A stretch of DNA of 64,000 nucleotides, taken from positions 80,850,001 to 80,914,000 of the forward strand of contig NC_086097.1 of assembly GCF_963921235.1 (NCBI RefSeq), written 5' to 3'. Of this stretch, positions 51,256 to 63,784 are shown in pieces. The stretch is from Mobula hypostoma. Taxonomy: Eukaryota. Below the pieces are notes generated by a model that had not been told where the DNA came from, made no database searches, and saw only the letters and a program-made list of their open reading frames with translations. The position numbers were made by a program, and so were the translations under genes. The stretch's first letter is position 1. The number at the start of each line of letters is the position of its first letter.

Positions 51256-54195
51256 TAGAAATATAGAAAACCTACAGCACAATACAGGCCCTTCGGCCCA
51301 CAATGCTGTGCCAAACATGTACTTACTTTAGAAACTACCTCGGGTTACCCATAGCCCTCTATTTTTCTAAGCTCCATATACCTATCCAGGAGTCTCTTAA
51401 AAGACCCTATCGTATCCGCCTCCACCACCGTCGCCAGCAGCCCATTCCACGCACTCACCACTCTCTGCGTAAAAAACTTACCCGACATCTCCCCTGTACC
51501 TACTTCCAAGCACCTTAAAACTGTGCCCTTTTGTATTAGCCATTCCAGACCTGGGAAAAAGCCTCTGACTATTCACACGATCAATGCCTCTCATCATCTT
51601 ATACACCGCTATCAGGTCACCACTCATCCTCCGTCGCTCCAAGGAAAAAAGGCCGAGTTCACGCAACCTGTTTTCATAAGGCGTGCTCCCCAATCCAAGC
51701 AATATCCTTGTAAATCTCCTCTGCACCCTTTCTATAGTTTCGACATCCTTCTTGCAGTGAGGTGACCAGAACTGAGCACAGTACTCCAAGTGGGGTCTGA
51801 CCAGGGTCCTATATTGCTGCAACATTACCTCTCGACTATTAAACTCAGTCCCACAATTGATGAAGGCCAATACACTGTATACCTTCAGCAGGTCTGAGTG
51901 TCCTATGGACTCGGACCCCAAGATCCCTCTGATCCTCCATGCTGCCAAGAGTCTTACCATTAATACTGCATTTTGTCATCATATTTGACCTACCAAAATG
52001 AACCACCTCACACTTATCTGGGTTGAACTTCATCAATCACTTCGCAGCTCAGTTTTGCAGCCTATCGATGTCCTGCTGTAACCTCTGACAGCCCTCCACA
52101 CTATCCACAACACCCCCACCTTTGTGTCATCAGCAGATTTACTAACCCATCCCTCCACTTTCTCATCCAGGTCATTTATAAAAATCACAAAGAGAAGGAG
52201 TGCAGAACAGATCCCTGAGGCATACCACTGGTCACTGGCCTCCATGCAGAATATAATCTGTCTACAACCACTCTTTGCCTTCTGTGGGCAAGCCAGTTCT
52301 GGATCCATAAAGCAAGGTCCCCTTGGATCCCATTCCTCCTAACTTTCTCAATAAGCCTTGCATAGGGTACCTTATCAAATGCCTTGCTGAAATCTATGGA
52401 CACTACATCTACTGCTCTACCTTCATCAATGTGTTTAGTCACATCCTCAAAAAATTCAATCAGGCTCATAAGGCACGACCTGCTTTTGACAAAGCCATGC
52501 TGACTATTCCTAATCATATCATGTTCATCCAAATGTTCATAAATCCTGCCTCTCAGAATCTTCTCCATCAGCTTACCAACCACTGAAGTAAGACTCTCTG
52601 GTCTATAATGTCCTGGGCTATCTCCACTCCCTTTCTTGAATAAGAAAACGACATCTGCAACCCTTCAATCCTCTGGAACCTCTCCTGTCCCCATTGATGA
52701 TGCAAAGATCATTGCCAGAGGCTCAGCAATCTCCTCCCTTGCTTCCCACAGTAGCTGGGGTATATCAGTGACTTATCCATCTTGATGCTTTCTTAAAGTT
52801 CCAGCACAATCTCTTTCTTTATGTCTAAATGCTCAAGCTTTTCAGTCCATTGTAAGTCATCCCTACAATTGCCAAGGTCCTTTTCCATAGTGAATACTGA
52901 AGCAAAGTATTCATTAAGTACTTCTGCTACCTGCTCCATTTCCATACACACTTTTCCACTGTCACACTTGATTGGTCCTATTCTCCTCTTGCTCTTCACA
53001 TACTTGTAGAATGCCTTGGGGTTTTCCTTAATCCTGCTCGCCAAGGCCTTCTCATGGCCCCTTCTGGCTCTCCTAATTTCATTCTTAAGCTCCTTCCGGC
53101 TAGTCTTATAATTTTCTAGATCTCTATCATTACCTAGTTTTTTGAACCTTTCATAAGCCTTTCCTCTTGACTAGATTTTCAACTGCCTTTGTACACCATG
53201 GTTCCTGTACCTTACCATCCTTTCCCTGTCTTATTGGAACATACCTATGCAGAACATCATGCAAATATCCCCTGAATATGTGCCACATATCTGCCATACA
53301 TTTCCCTGAGAACATCTGTTCCCAATTTATGCTTCCAAGTTCCTGCCTGATAGCTTCATATTTGCTCTTACTCCAGTTAAACGCTTTCTTAACTTGTCTC
53401 TTTCTGTCCCTCTCCAATGCTATGGTAAAGGAGATAGAATTGTGATCACTATCTCTAAAATGCTCTCCCACTGAGAGATCTGACACCTGACCAGGTTCAT
53501 TTCCTAATACCGGATCTAGTACAGCCTCTCCTCTTGTAGGGTTATCTACATACTGTGTCAGGAAACCTTCCTGAACACACCTAACAAACTCCACCCAATC
53601 TCATTCCTTTGCTCTAGGGAGGTGCCAATACTGGGGAAATCAACATACCGCATCACGACAACCTTGTTATGACTGCACCGTTCCAGAATCTGTCTCCCTA
53701 TCTGCTCCTCGATATCCGTTACTATTGGGTGGTCTATAAAAAAACAGTGGAGTTATTGACCCCTTCCTGTTTCTAACATCCCCCACAGAGACTCAGTAGG
53801 TAATCCCTCCACGACTTCCTCCTTTTTCTGCAGTGAGACACTATCTTTGATCAGCAGTGCCACGCCTACACCTCTTTTGCCTCCCTCCCTGATCTTTCTG
53901 AAACATCTAAAGCCTGGCACTCTAAGTAGCCATTCCTGCCCTTGAGCCATCCAAGTCTCTGTAATGGCCACAACATCATAGCTCCAAGAATTGATCCACG
54001 CTCTATGCTCATCTGGTTTGTTCATGATACTCCTTGCATTAAAGTAGACACATCGCAAACCATCAGTCTGAAGCATTTCTCTCTCTATCACCTGCCTATC
54101 CTCCCTCTCACACTGGCTACAAACTTTCTCTATTTATGATCCAACCGCCCCTTGCTCCATTTTTTCAGTACGGTTCCCCCCCCGCGCCCCCCCCC
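51256..54195 (-). mobile_element. CR1 LINE with nearly the whole ORF2 (APE endonuclease + RT), frameshifted
   Basis: Segments LRCVYFNARSIMNK, YDVVAITETW, NPTRGEAVLD, SDHNSI, QHGFVKSRSCL, SADDTKVG and RPHLEYCAQFWSP. The tail is TTTTCTATATTTCTA. Confidence 0.95.
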
Positions 54196-56289
54196 AAGCA
54201 TTCTAGGACCATGTTGTAGATAAATGTGGAATAGACCCTTATAAATATAATTTATAATAAAACATTTAACTTCCTGTGACTAAAAGGTATTATATTCAAT
54301 AGAAAACTATATTAATTTAACTAAATCTTAACATATAGTTTATGTCTGCTAATAGAGATTTCATTAAGATCCTGCTATTTTAAAGTTCTTGCAGTCTTGA
54401 CATATTATTTAATATTTAATGCACCCCTGATTTCCTACAGACAGTGCAAATAAGCAGAAACTACATATAGATTTTCCACTAGTGAAGCATGGCATCGGTA
54501 TACTGACATTTTCCTTCCCACCGAACAAAAATGCCTGGTTATGAATTTGAATCATCGAGAAAAGTAGCTTATCTTTAACAATTCATTGGGCTGTGTCAAA
54601 CGTCATTTGGATTTGTGCTTGCAGCAGCCGAATCACACAAAATAAAAGTGTAACTGCCTGAAAGCTAGGCAGCTCTGTTGGAAGCACAATGCCATCCTCA
54701 ATCTTCCTGAATGGATGAAATAAGCAGTAAGGGTACAAAAATCATCATTTTTATGAAGTGCCTGTCCAACTCCAGTCAGTACATCTGTCACTGACAACCC
54801 ACTTCATTCTTAAAACTGTCACTCACAACATGGGAACTGTCACAGAATCTTTCAATCACTCCTTTCTCAAATCTCCTCATCATTATTTGCCAGACTGAAC
54901 TAGATCTGTCAAGGTTGCAGGCCAATAGATCAATTTGCATTGCAGTACCTTCAGGAAAAATGGCAATGTCCCGTTAATTGGGATTTTGTTTGTAAGAATA
55001 AAACTACGTTAATTCAATTAGAATTTTTAGTTTTAAAGTGATCAACAAGATTTGGGCATTAATAGCAAAGCCTGTATTTATTGCCCATCTTTAACAATGT
55101 TGAGAAGGTGAACCATTTTCCAGAATTAGTATCAAAAAGGATAAAAGGGCAAATTCAGAAAGAAGAAAAGGGTATTTATGGCATTGTAGGAGCAGAGAAA
55201 TTATTAATAGTGGCAGGATTAATAAACACAATGTATTATCCGAAGAGAAATGAAAGTTTATTTGATTATCTGAACAGGAAAGAAAATTGCTTCGAGCTTA
55301 GAAAACAACTCGCAGACACAATGTTAACTGGCTTTAATCTTGTAGCTTTCTCTCCCTGACTTTGCAAGGGTAGATTACCACATAAAAATAATATATATAG
55401 GAAAAGCTGAGTTATATCCTGTGTGTAGAAATAGTCAAAATATTCTGAGATATAATGATTACATTTCAACCGCTTTTGTCACAGTCCTGGTGATCTAATT
55501 GGTTCATTATGAAAAATAAACCCATGGAATCTGTAGGCTGTCATGCTGAATGGTTCATTTTAAACATTTTATGAACTTTAACTGCCATTGGTAAATTGCA
55601 ATGAAATCCTTCCCACGACCCTCTATTGGGAAAAATTCTATGCTTTCTTGATTGATACTGATTCTAATTAGGATATTTTTAATATATTTGTTATGTCTTG
55701 CAAAGTCAACCCCCTGCTGAATAAAGCAGTGTTCAGAAGAAAGTGAACAAAAGTCCATTTTGTGAACCTACTTAACAGTTGAGAAATTAGAAATATATTA
55801 TTAAATGCATGTTTCTTTAACATAGTCTCTGTAGAATTACAGTATATCCAGCTGACACAAATAGCATAGGCTAACTCCAAGGTCTAAAACCACTTCATTT
55901 GCAAATAACTCACATGAACTTTCCTCTGCTTTCCTTATCTAATGGCACTTTAATTTTATTTTAACTCTTTGATTTTATGGTGGGAGGTCAGTGGGATGTA
56001 TGCCTGGAATAAACTACATTCAGTAGTTGGGGGGCATCCTTGATAAATGGGCAGGGTAAGATCACTCTTTGAGAGGTGGATCAGTGGGACAGATGGTCCT
56101 TGGATGTAGGGTGGTGATTAGCTTGGTGAGTAGGAAGCAATTAGTTGGATCAGTGGGGTTGGAATTGGGAGGTCATAAATTTTATGGGAGGGTTGATACA
56201 GTGTGATAGGTTGGGGTAAATAGAGGTGGTTGAGTTTCTGAAGGGAAGTATCAAGCTGAAAGGGACCAACATGAGATAAAGACCTGGTT

Positions 56290-56740
56290 AGTGAGGGTGT
56301 ACTTCACTTTGAAGCATTGCTTCTCTGAGTACTGGGACAATGTCACCATCTTCTACAAGACTCTCTATCAGTCACAGATTGATGTGCATCTGCGTTCAGT
56401 TCAAATTGGGGGCTACAGTGAATCAGGCTAAAATCACGGCCATGTTCTTTGGTGGCAGCTCTAAACAATCTTCTCTCCTCCACTTTCAAGTCTGATTAAC
56501 TGATGATGCTAGATGATCCAGACAAAGTGTGCACATGGTAAAGGGGGAAAAAAAAGCAGTTTTCTGGTAACACCTTTCTCAATAACGGGAAAGCTCTTGG
56601 CCATCAGGTGTGAGGGGTCCCATGTGTTACGCTTGGCACATGCGTGGCCAGTACAGCTGACATATGCAAACACGCCTGTACATTTGCCAGAGAGGTCTGT
56701 CAAGGATTATCCTGAACACCTGCAGAGCACAGGATTCTGC
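56290..56740 (+). mobile_element. Old Tx1/L1-like RT remnant
   Basis: Segments YWDNVTIF (decayed YMDD), GATVNQAKITAMFFG and SITGKLLAIRCE. Confidence 0.55.
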
Positions 56741-58727
56741 ACTGTATGGGCTGTTCTCAGAAACACACAAGGAGGCAAACATCAACCGTTGCTGGAGAAC
56801 TAGGGTACAAACTTGGCAGAGGTACAAGGAAGGAGTGCAGCCCTTTAGATAAGGGAGGATGTAACAGCAGTAGGTAGAACAACACTCTTGGGAAATTGTC
56901 CAGTGAGGCCACAGGGGTAGAACTTAGAAACAAGAAAGGGAGAATCACTTTAGTGCAGCAGTATATTGTCCACCCCCCTCCCCATAATCAGTAGGAACTT
57001 GAGGCACAGGCATGTAGAGAAAGTGTTCATACTTGTGTAATAACAGATTAGTGGGAGATTTTAATTTCCACAATATAGACTGGGTCACCCAGAGTATTAA
57101 AAGCCTCAAATGTGTCCAGGGAAGTTTCCCGAGTCAATATATAGGGGGTGCAATATCAGATCTCCTCTTAGGGAAGGATTCTGGGCAAGTAACTGAACTG
57201 ACAGTCAGGAAATAGTTTGGCTCCAGTAACCATAATTCTATCAGTTTTAAGATATTGATGGAAAAGGACAGGAAAGGTCTACAGTTCAGCATCCTAAACG
57301 GGAGCTGGTCTAATTTTGGTGGGATTTAGGATCTAGCAGAGGCCGATTGGGTGAGGAGCCTGTTTGAGGGAAAGGAATGAATGGAAAGTGTGATAGAAAG
57401 TGTCCAGGCACAGCCTGTTCCTGTTCAGGAGAAGGGTAAACATGGTAAGCTTAGGAAGCTTGGTTGATGAGAGCAGACATTGAGTTTAGGAGCTTGATAA
57501 CTATATAAAGATAAGGAATACTCTTAAGAGGGAGGTTAGGAAGTCAACGAGAGGGTATGAGATAGATCTGGCTGGTAAAGCCAAGGAAAATTATAAAAAG
57601 TTCTATAGCTATATTAGGAGTAAATTGATAGCTAGGGAGGGATAGGTCCCGTTAGAGATCAGCAGGGCCATCAATGTCCTGAGCCACAAGATTTTAAAGG
57701 AATAATTCTCCTCTATGTTTCCAGAGGACAAAATCATGGTCGCTCAAGGGATAAGGGAAAAAAGGGAGATACTGTATTTTGGAAGACATTCATAGCACTA
57801 GCGAAAAAATATTTACAGCCTCATTATGCATTAAAGTGGAGAAATCCTCAGGGCCTGACTGAGTGCATCCTCAGATTTCGTGGGAGCCTAGAGAGGAAAT
57901 TGTGGAGGCCCTTGTGAAGATATTTTCCTTCGTTGTTAGCCACTGGTGAAGTTCCTGAAGACTAGAAGGTTGTTAATGCTGATCCATTGGTTACAAAGGG
58001 TAGTAAGGTCAAGCCAGAAATCTGCAGGCCGGTCATGCTCAGTAGTGAGGAAGTTACCGGGTGGGGAATTTTGAGGGACAAGATCTACCAGTATTTGAAT
58101 AGAGACAGTCTGATTAGAAGGTGTTAGCATGGCTTTGTGCATGGGAAGTCAGTAACGTTTGGTCTCATGGAATCCAGGGACAGCTAGTTAGTTGTATTCA
58201 AAACTGTTTTGGAGGAAGGAAGCGGAAGATGGTGGTTGAAGGCTGCTTCTCCGAATGGAGGCTCGTAGCCAGCAAGGTGCGATAGGGGTCATCATTGCTG
58301 GGATCCTTGTTCATCATTCTTTATATGAATAATCTGGATACAAATACACTGGCGCAGTTTCTGATGGTCACTAAGTTGGTGAATGACATAAAATTTAGGT
58401 GTTATTGTTGGTAGCTAGGGAAGTGGACTGAAGAGTGGCAAATTGATTTCAATACAGGCAAGTGTGAGGTGGTGCACTTTGGAAAGACAAACCAGCATAA
58501 GACTGGTTTTAACATAAATTTAAAGGCACCAGGGACTGTAACAGAACAGAGGCCCCTTGGGATACAACTGCATAGTTTGTTGAAAGTAGCATCACAGGTA
58601 GACAGGCTGGTGTAAAATGTGCTCATCAATCAGGCTATTGAGTACAAAAAGCGTGGCATTATGTTACAACACACATAAAAGTTGCTGGTGAACGCAGCAG
58701 GCCAGGCAGCATCTCTAGGAAGAAGTG

Positions 58728-58765
58728 CAGTCGATGTTTCAGGCCGAGACCCTTCGTCAGGACTA
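58728..58765 (-). ncRNA. Hammerhead motif in FUT8-sense orientation, helix III variant (ACAU instead of ACGU)
   Basis: The reverse complement is TAGTC CTGACGA AGGGTCTCGGCCT GAAACATC GACTG. Confidence 0.6.
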
Positions 58766-58991
58766 ACTGAAGGAAGAGTGAGTAAGGGCTGAGAGGAAGA
58801 TGGAGCCTCTGAGGGCCCAGGAGCTGACGGTGGGATCTGAGGGAGACGGAGTTGCAGAATGGTGGTGGGGGAAGGGGAGACGGGAGTCACAATAGCAGCA
58901 CATAAAGATCCGGCCTGGAGTTCAAGGCTGGAGTCGCAGTTGGTGGTTGCGCAATCACTTTGAATGTCTCTTACTCACTCTTCCTTCAGTT

Positions 58992-59028
58992 AGTCCTGAC
59001 GAAGGGTCTCGGCCTGAAACGTCGACTG
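58992..59028 (+). ncRNA. Minimal type-I hammerhead ribozyme motif, intact core
   Basis: CTGACGA at 58996-59002, GAAA at 59016-59019, predicted cleavage after GUC at 59023. Stem I is AGTC/GACT. Confidence 0.75.
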
Positions 59029-59315
59029 CACCTCTTCCTAGAGATGCTGCCTGGCCTGCTGCGTTCACCAGCAACTTTTATGTGTGTTGCTTGAATTTCC
59101 AGCATCTGCAGAATTCCTGTTGTTGGCATTATGTTAAAGTTGTTTAAATCGTTGGTGAGGACACACTTAGAGTACTGTATAGTTTTCACTGCTCTATTAT
59201 ACAAAAGATGTAGTTACACTGGAAAGAGTGCAGAAAAGATTTACAAGGATGTTGCAAGAACATTTTTGTTACATTGTTACAAGAATGTTACTGGAAGACT
59301 TCAGTTATAGGGAGA

Positions 59316-62300
59316 GATGGCAGTCAGAAATTACAATCAGTGGAATGAGTTAAAGTGTAGCAGGGGGCCAAATTCAAAAAGAGTGATGAGTACAGGACTG
59401 AAGGTGTTATATTTGAATGCACACAGTATACAGAATAAGATAGGTGATCTTGTAGCACAGTTAGAGATTGGCAGGTATGATGCTGTGGCATCACTGAGTC
59501 GTGGCTAAAAGAAGATCATAGTCGGAAGCTTAATATTCAAGAATACACATTGTATCAAAAAGATAGACAGGTAGACAGAGGGGGTGGGGTGGCTCTGTTG
59601 ATTAAAAAAAATGAAATCAAATCCTTAGAAGGAGGTGACATAGGATCGGAAGATGTAGAATCCTCGTGGGTAGAGTTAAGAAACTGCAATGGTAAAAAGA
59701 CTCTGATGGGAGTTATGTACAGGCCTCCAAACAGTAGCCAGGATATGAGCTACAAATTACACTGGGAGACAGAAAAGCCGTATAATAAGGACAATGTTAT
59801 GATAGTTGTAGGGTATTTCAATATGCAGATAGATTGGGAAAATGAGCTTGGTGCTGGAGCCCAAGGGAGGGAACTCGTAGAATCCCTATGAGATGGCTTT
59901 TCAGAGTATCTTGTGGTTGACGGCAAAAGGAGAATGGTAATTCTGTATTGGGCGTTACATAATGACCCAGATTTGATTACGGAGTTTAAGGTAAAGGAAC
60001 CCTTAGGAGACAGCGATCATAATATGATAGAATTCATGCTGCTGTTTGAGAAGGAGAAGCTAAAATGAGTTGTATCATTATTACAATAGTGTAAATGGAA
60101 ATACCAAGGCATGCGAGAAGAGCTGGTCAAAGCTGATCCAAAGGGGACACTGGCAGGAATGTCAGCACAACAGCAATAGCAGGAAATTCTGGCAGCAAGT
60201 CAGAGGGTGCAAGAAAGATACTGTACATTCCAAAGATGAAAAAGCATTGTAAAGGGAGGATACGGAAACTGTGGGTGACAAGGGAAGTTAAAGACAGCAT
60301 AAAAGCAGAAGAGAGGGCATATAATATAGCAAAGATTAGTGGGAAGGTAGAGGATTGGGAAAATTTTAAAAGCCATAAAAAGAGAAAAGATTAAACATGA
60401 AGGTAAGCTAGCCAATAATATAAAAGAGGATACAAGAAGTTTTTTTCAGATACATAAAGAGTAAAAGAGAGATGAGAGTGGAAATCACAGCACTGGAAAT
60501 GACAGTGGAGAGGTAGTAATTAGGAAAAAAGAAAAGGTAGACAGACTTAATAAGTATTTTGTGTCAGTCTTTACTGTGGAAGACCACTAGCAAAATGTCA
60601 GAAATATGAGTGCCAGGGGCAGAAGTGAGTGTCATTGCTATTACTAAGGAGAAGGTGCTTGGAAAGCTGAAAAGTCTGAAGGCAGGTAAGTGACATGGAC
60701 CAGATAGACTGCAACCCAGGGTTCCGAAAGAGGTAGCTGAAGAGATTATGGAGGCAATAGTAATAGTTTTACCAAAAGTCATGAGATTCTGGAATGGTTC
60801 TGGAGGACTGAAATATTGCAAATGTCACTCCACTTTTTAAAGAAGGGAGGGAGGCAAAACAAAGGAAATTATAGGACAGTTTCCAATATGGTTGGAAAGA
60901 TGTTGGGGTCTATTATTAAGGATGAGGTTTTGGGGTACTTGGAGGCACGTGATAAAATAGGTCAAAATCAGCATGGTTTCCTTAAGGGGAAATCTTGTCT
61001 GACAAATATATTGGAATTACTTGAGGAAATAACAGGCAGGATAGACAAAGGAGAGTTAATGGATGCCTCTTATTTGGATTTTCAGAAGGCCTTCGACAAG
61101 GTGCCGCACATGAGGCTGCTTAACAAGAACCCATGGTACTACAAGAAAGATACTAGCATGGATAGAAGAATGGCTGACTGGCAAGAGGAAAAGAGCGGGA
61201 ATAAAGGGGGCATTTCCTGGTTGGCTGCTGGTGACTAGTCGTGTTCACAGGGATCAGTGCTGAGACTGCTTCTTTTCACATTATATGTCAATGATTTGGA
61301 TGAAGGAAGTGATGGCTTTGTGGCCAGGTTTGCAGACAATATCAAGATAGGTAGAGGGCAGATAGTGTTGAGAATGCTGGGAGTTTGCAGAGCAGTGGTC
61401 CCCAACTGCTGGGCCACGAACTGGTACTGGGCCGCGAGGAAACAATATGATTGGCGATATGAAATGATATGAGTCAGCTGCCCCTTTCCTCATTCCCTGT
61501 CACACACTGTTGAAGTTGAATGTCCCCCCGGTCCACAAGAATATTGTCAACATTAAGCCGGTCCGCGGTGCAAAAAAGGTTAGGGACTCCTGTTGCAGAA
61601 GGATGTAGACAGATTGAGAGAATGGGCAAAGAAGTGGCACATAGAATATATGAAGAGAAGTGCACAGTCACGCACTTTGGTAGTGGAATATTTTCTAAAT
61701 GGAGAGAAAACTCAGAAACCAGAGCTGCAATTAGAATTCATTCACTAAAGGTTAATATGCAGATTGAGTCAATGGTAAGATAGGCAAATGCATTGTTAGT
61801 ATTCATTTTGAGTGGACCAGAATATAAAAGCAAGGCTGTAATGCAGAGGCTTTATAAGGCATTGGTTAGACAACATTTGGAGTATTGTGAGTAGTTTTGG
61901 CCCATTATCGAAGAAAGGATGTGCTGGCATTGAAGAGGGTCCAGAGGAGGTTCACAAGAATGATCCCAAGAATGGTAACATACGAGGAGTGTTTGATGAC
62001 TCTGGGCCTGTACTCCCCGGGGCTTAGTAGAATGAAAGGGTATCTGATTGAAACCTATTGAATATTGACAGACCTAGATAGAGGGTACAGTCTTAAAATA
62101 GAGGGACATCCATTTAGAACAGAGAGGAGGAAAAACTTCTTTAGCCATAGAAGGTAAATCTCTGGAATTCATTGCCACAGACAGCTGTGCAACCAAGTCA
62201 TTGGGTATATTTAAGGTGGAGGTCGATAGGTTCTTGATTAATCAGGACATCAAAGATTACGGGGAGAAAGCAGGAGGATGGGGTTGAGAAGGATAATAAA

Positions 62301-62365
62301 TCCGACACGATGGGATGTTGGAGCAGACTTGATGGGCCGCATTACCTAATTACACTCCTTATGGT
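59316..62365 (+). mobile_element. CR1 LINE spanning ORF2 (degraded), nested in the older CR1
   Basis: Segments LKVLYLNAHSIQNK, GGGVALLIK, YRPPNS, QHGFLKGKSCLTN and FADNIKIG. The 3' UTR is GATGGGCCG...TTATGGT. Confidence 0.9.
61393..61592 (-). mobile_element. 200-bp hAT/Charlie-like MITE (uninterrupted copy)
   Basis: TIRs CAGTGGTCCCCAAC / GTTAGGGACTCCTG. TSD TTGCAGAG / TTGCAGAA. It is homologous to the outer parts of 43392-44436. Confidence 0.9.
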
Positions 62366-63784
62366 AATAAACCCTTCCCCAGGCAGGAAAGACCAGAGTT
62401 GAGGGGCAAGGATTTAGGGTAGGAGGGGAAAGATTTAAAAGGGACCTGTGGAGCAAATTGACACAGAGCGGTGAGGACATGGAATGAATAACTATAGGAT
62501 GTGGTTGAGGCAGTTACAATAGCATCATTAAAGAGGCACTTGGATAAGTACATGTGGGAGATAGGTTCAATGCAGGAAATTAGGACAAGCTGAGTGCACA
62601 CCATGGTGGAATGGACTCTATGTTCTGAAGGAGCTGTATCCATGAGTATTGGTCTATGACTGTAACTATCAGCTCAATGAAAGATACCCTCGTCTGCCTG
62701 AAACACAGTGGTCATCTAGAACCTGGTTATGCCTGACTTAAAGACTCCAAGTGAGTGCATCTAATCTCAGTTACCTATTGAAGCTGTATGCACTCACTGC
62801 AATGGAGCACGACCACAGTTTAAGGGCCAACAAATAACTAGCTGGAGGAATTTACCAAGTCGATCAGTGTCTGTTTGGGGAAAGGGAACTGTGGACATTT
62901 CAGGTTGAAACCCTGCATCAGATTCCAGCATCTGCTGTCTCGTGTCTACATTTCAAGACCCTCCTTTTAACGCACACTGTAATCAGTGTCAAAATTCAAG
63001 GGTTATATTTCAATGATGCTAAGCGCTTGGAATAACATGACTGTGTTGAAACCATTAACTTAATTAGTTTGTTTTCTGGACATCTGAAATGTTTATGAAC
63101 TACATTTTGAAATTAATTAGGTTTCATTAGTGCTGTGATTTCCTGCTCCTCCACAAGGGTCCTGCTGGCACAAGACCATTGGAAAGTTGTTGATGAGGAT
63201 CTGGACAGACATGGCACATTGCATGTTACTGTAAATGTTCATGACATTAATGTGCCAGATACACCAAGGAACTGGAATGAACACAGATCGTGAAACTTTC
63301 CCACTAATGCCTGAACAATATTGCTTCTCCGTTTCTTTGAAATTTGATTGCATCATTTAGAAAATTGTGGTGCACTGCAATTCAATTTCTAGGCCTACAT
63401 CCACCCAGTATATCATGATTGGGAAGAAGGTACCCTTTTTCCAACTTGTATTATTCCCCAATATCTTGATAAGAGTCAGAGCACTACCAACTACATTGTG
63501 TGTTGAAGCTCTCCAACAGAGTAGGATTATTAATTCCACACAATGTCATCAGTCGAACCTCATGGACATTTAAAGCCAGTTTACAATCCCAGTGAGTGGG
63601 AGAACAATTCAACTCGCGGTGAATTCTTCAGTGACAACAAAAGATACATAGAATGTCACAGAAGACTATATTACTGCAAACACTTGCCTTTCACAGGCCA
63701 GTTCTACCTGTGGAAAGTTTTCTTAAGACTTTGATTTTTCTTAAAATCCAAAAACAAAATCAAAGAAATGTTTGGACACCATAA

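Larger units (their letters stand above)
58667..59123. mobile_element. Young 457-bp PLE cassette: inverted terminus + about 180-bp internal piece + direct terminus with extension
   Basis: 13-bp TSD TGGCATTATGTTA at 58654-58666 and 59124-59136. Arms 58667-58786 and 58970-59089 are near-perfect reverse complements. Confidence 0.92.
56760..59315 (+). mobile_element. Old CR1 LINE; its 3' end resumes at about 62366-62662
   Basis: Segments LVGDFNFHNIDW, QHGFVHGK and KCEVVHFGK. It is interrupted by a PLE cassette and by a younger CR1. Confidence 0.8.
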
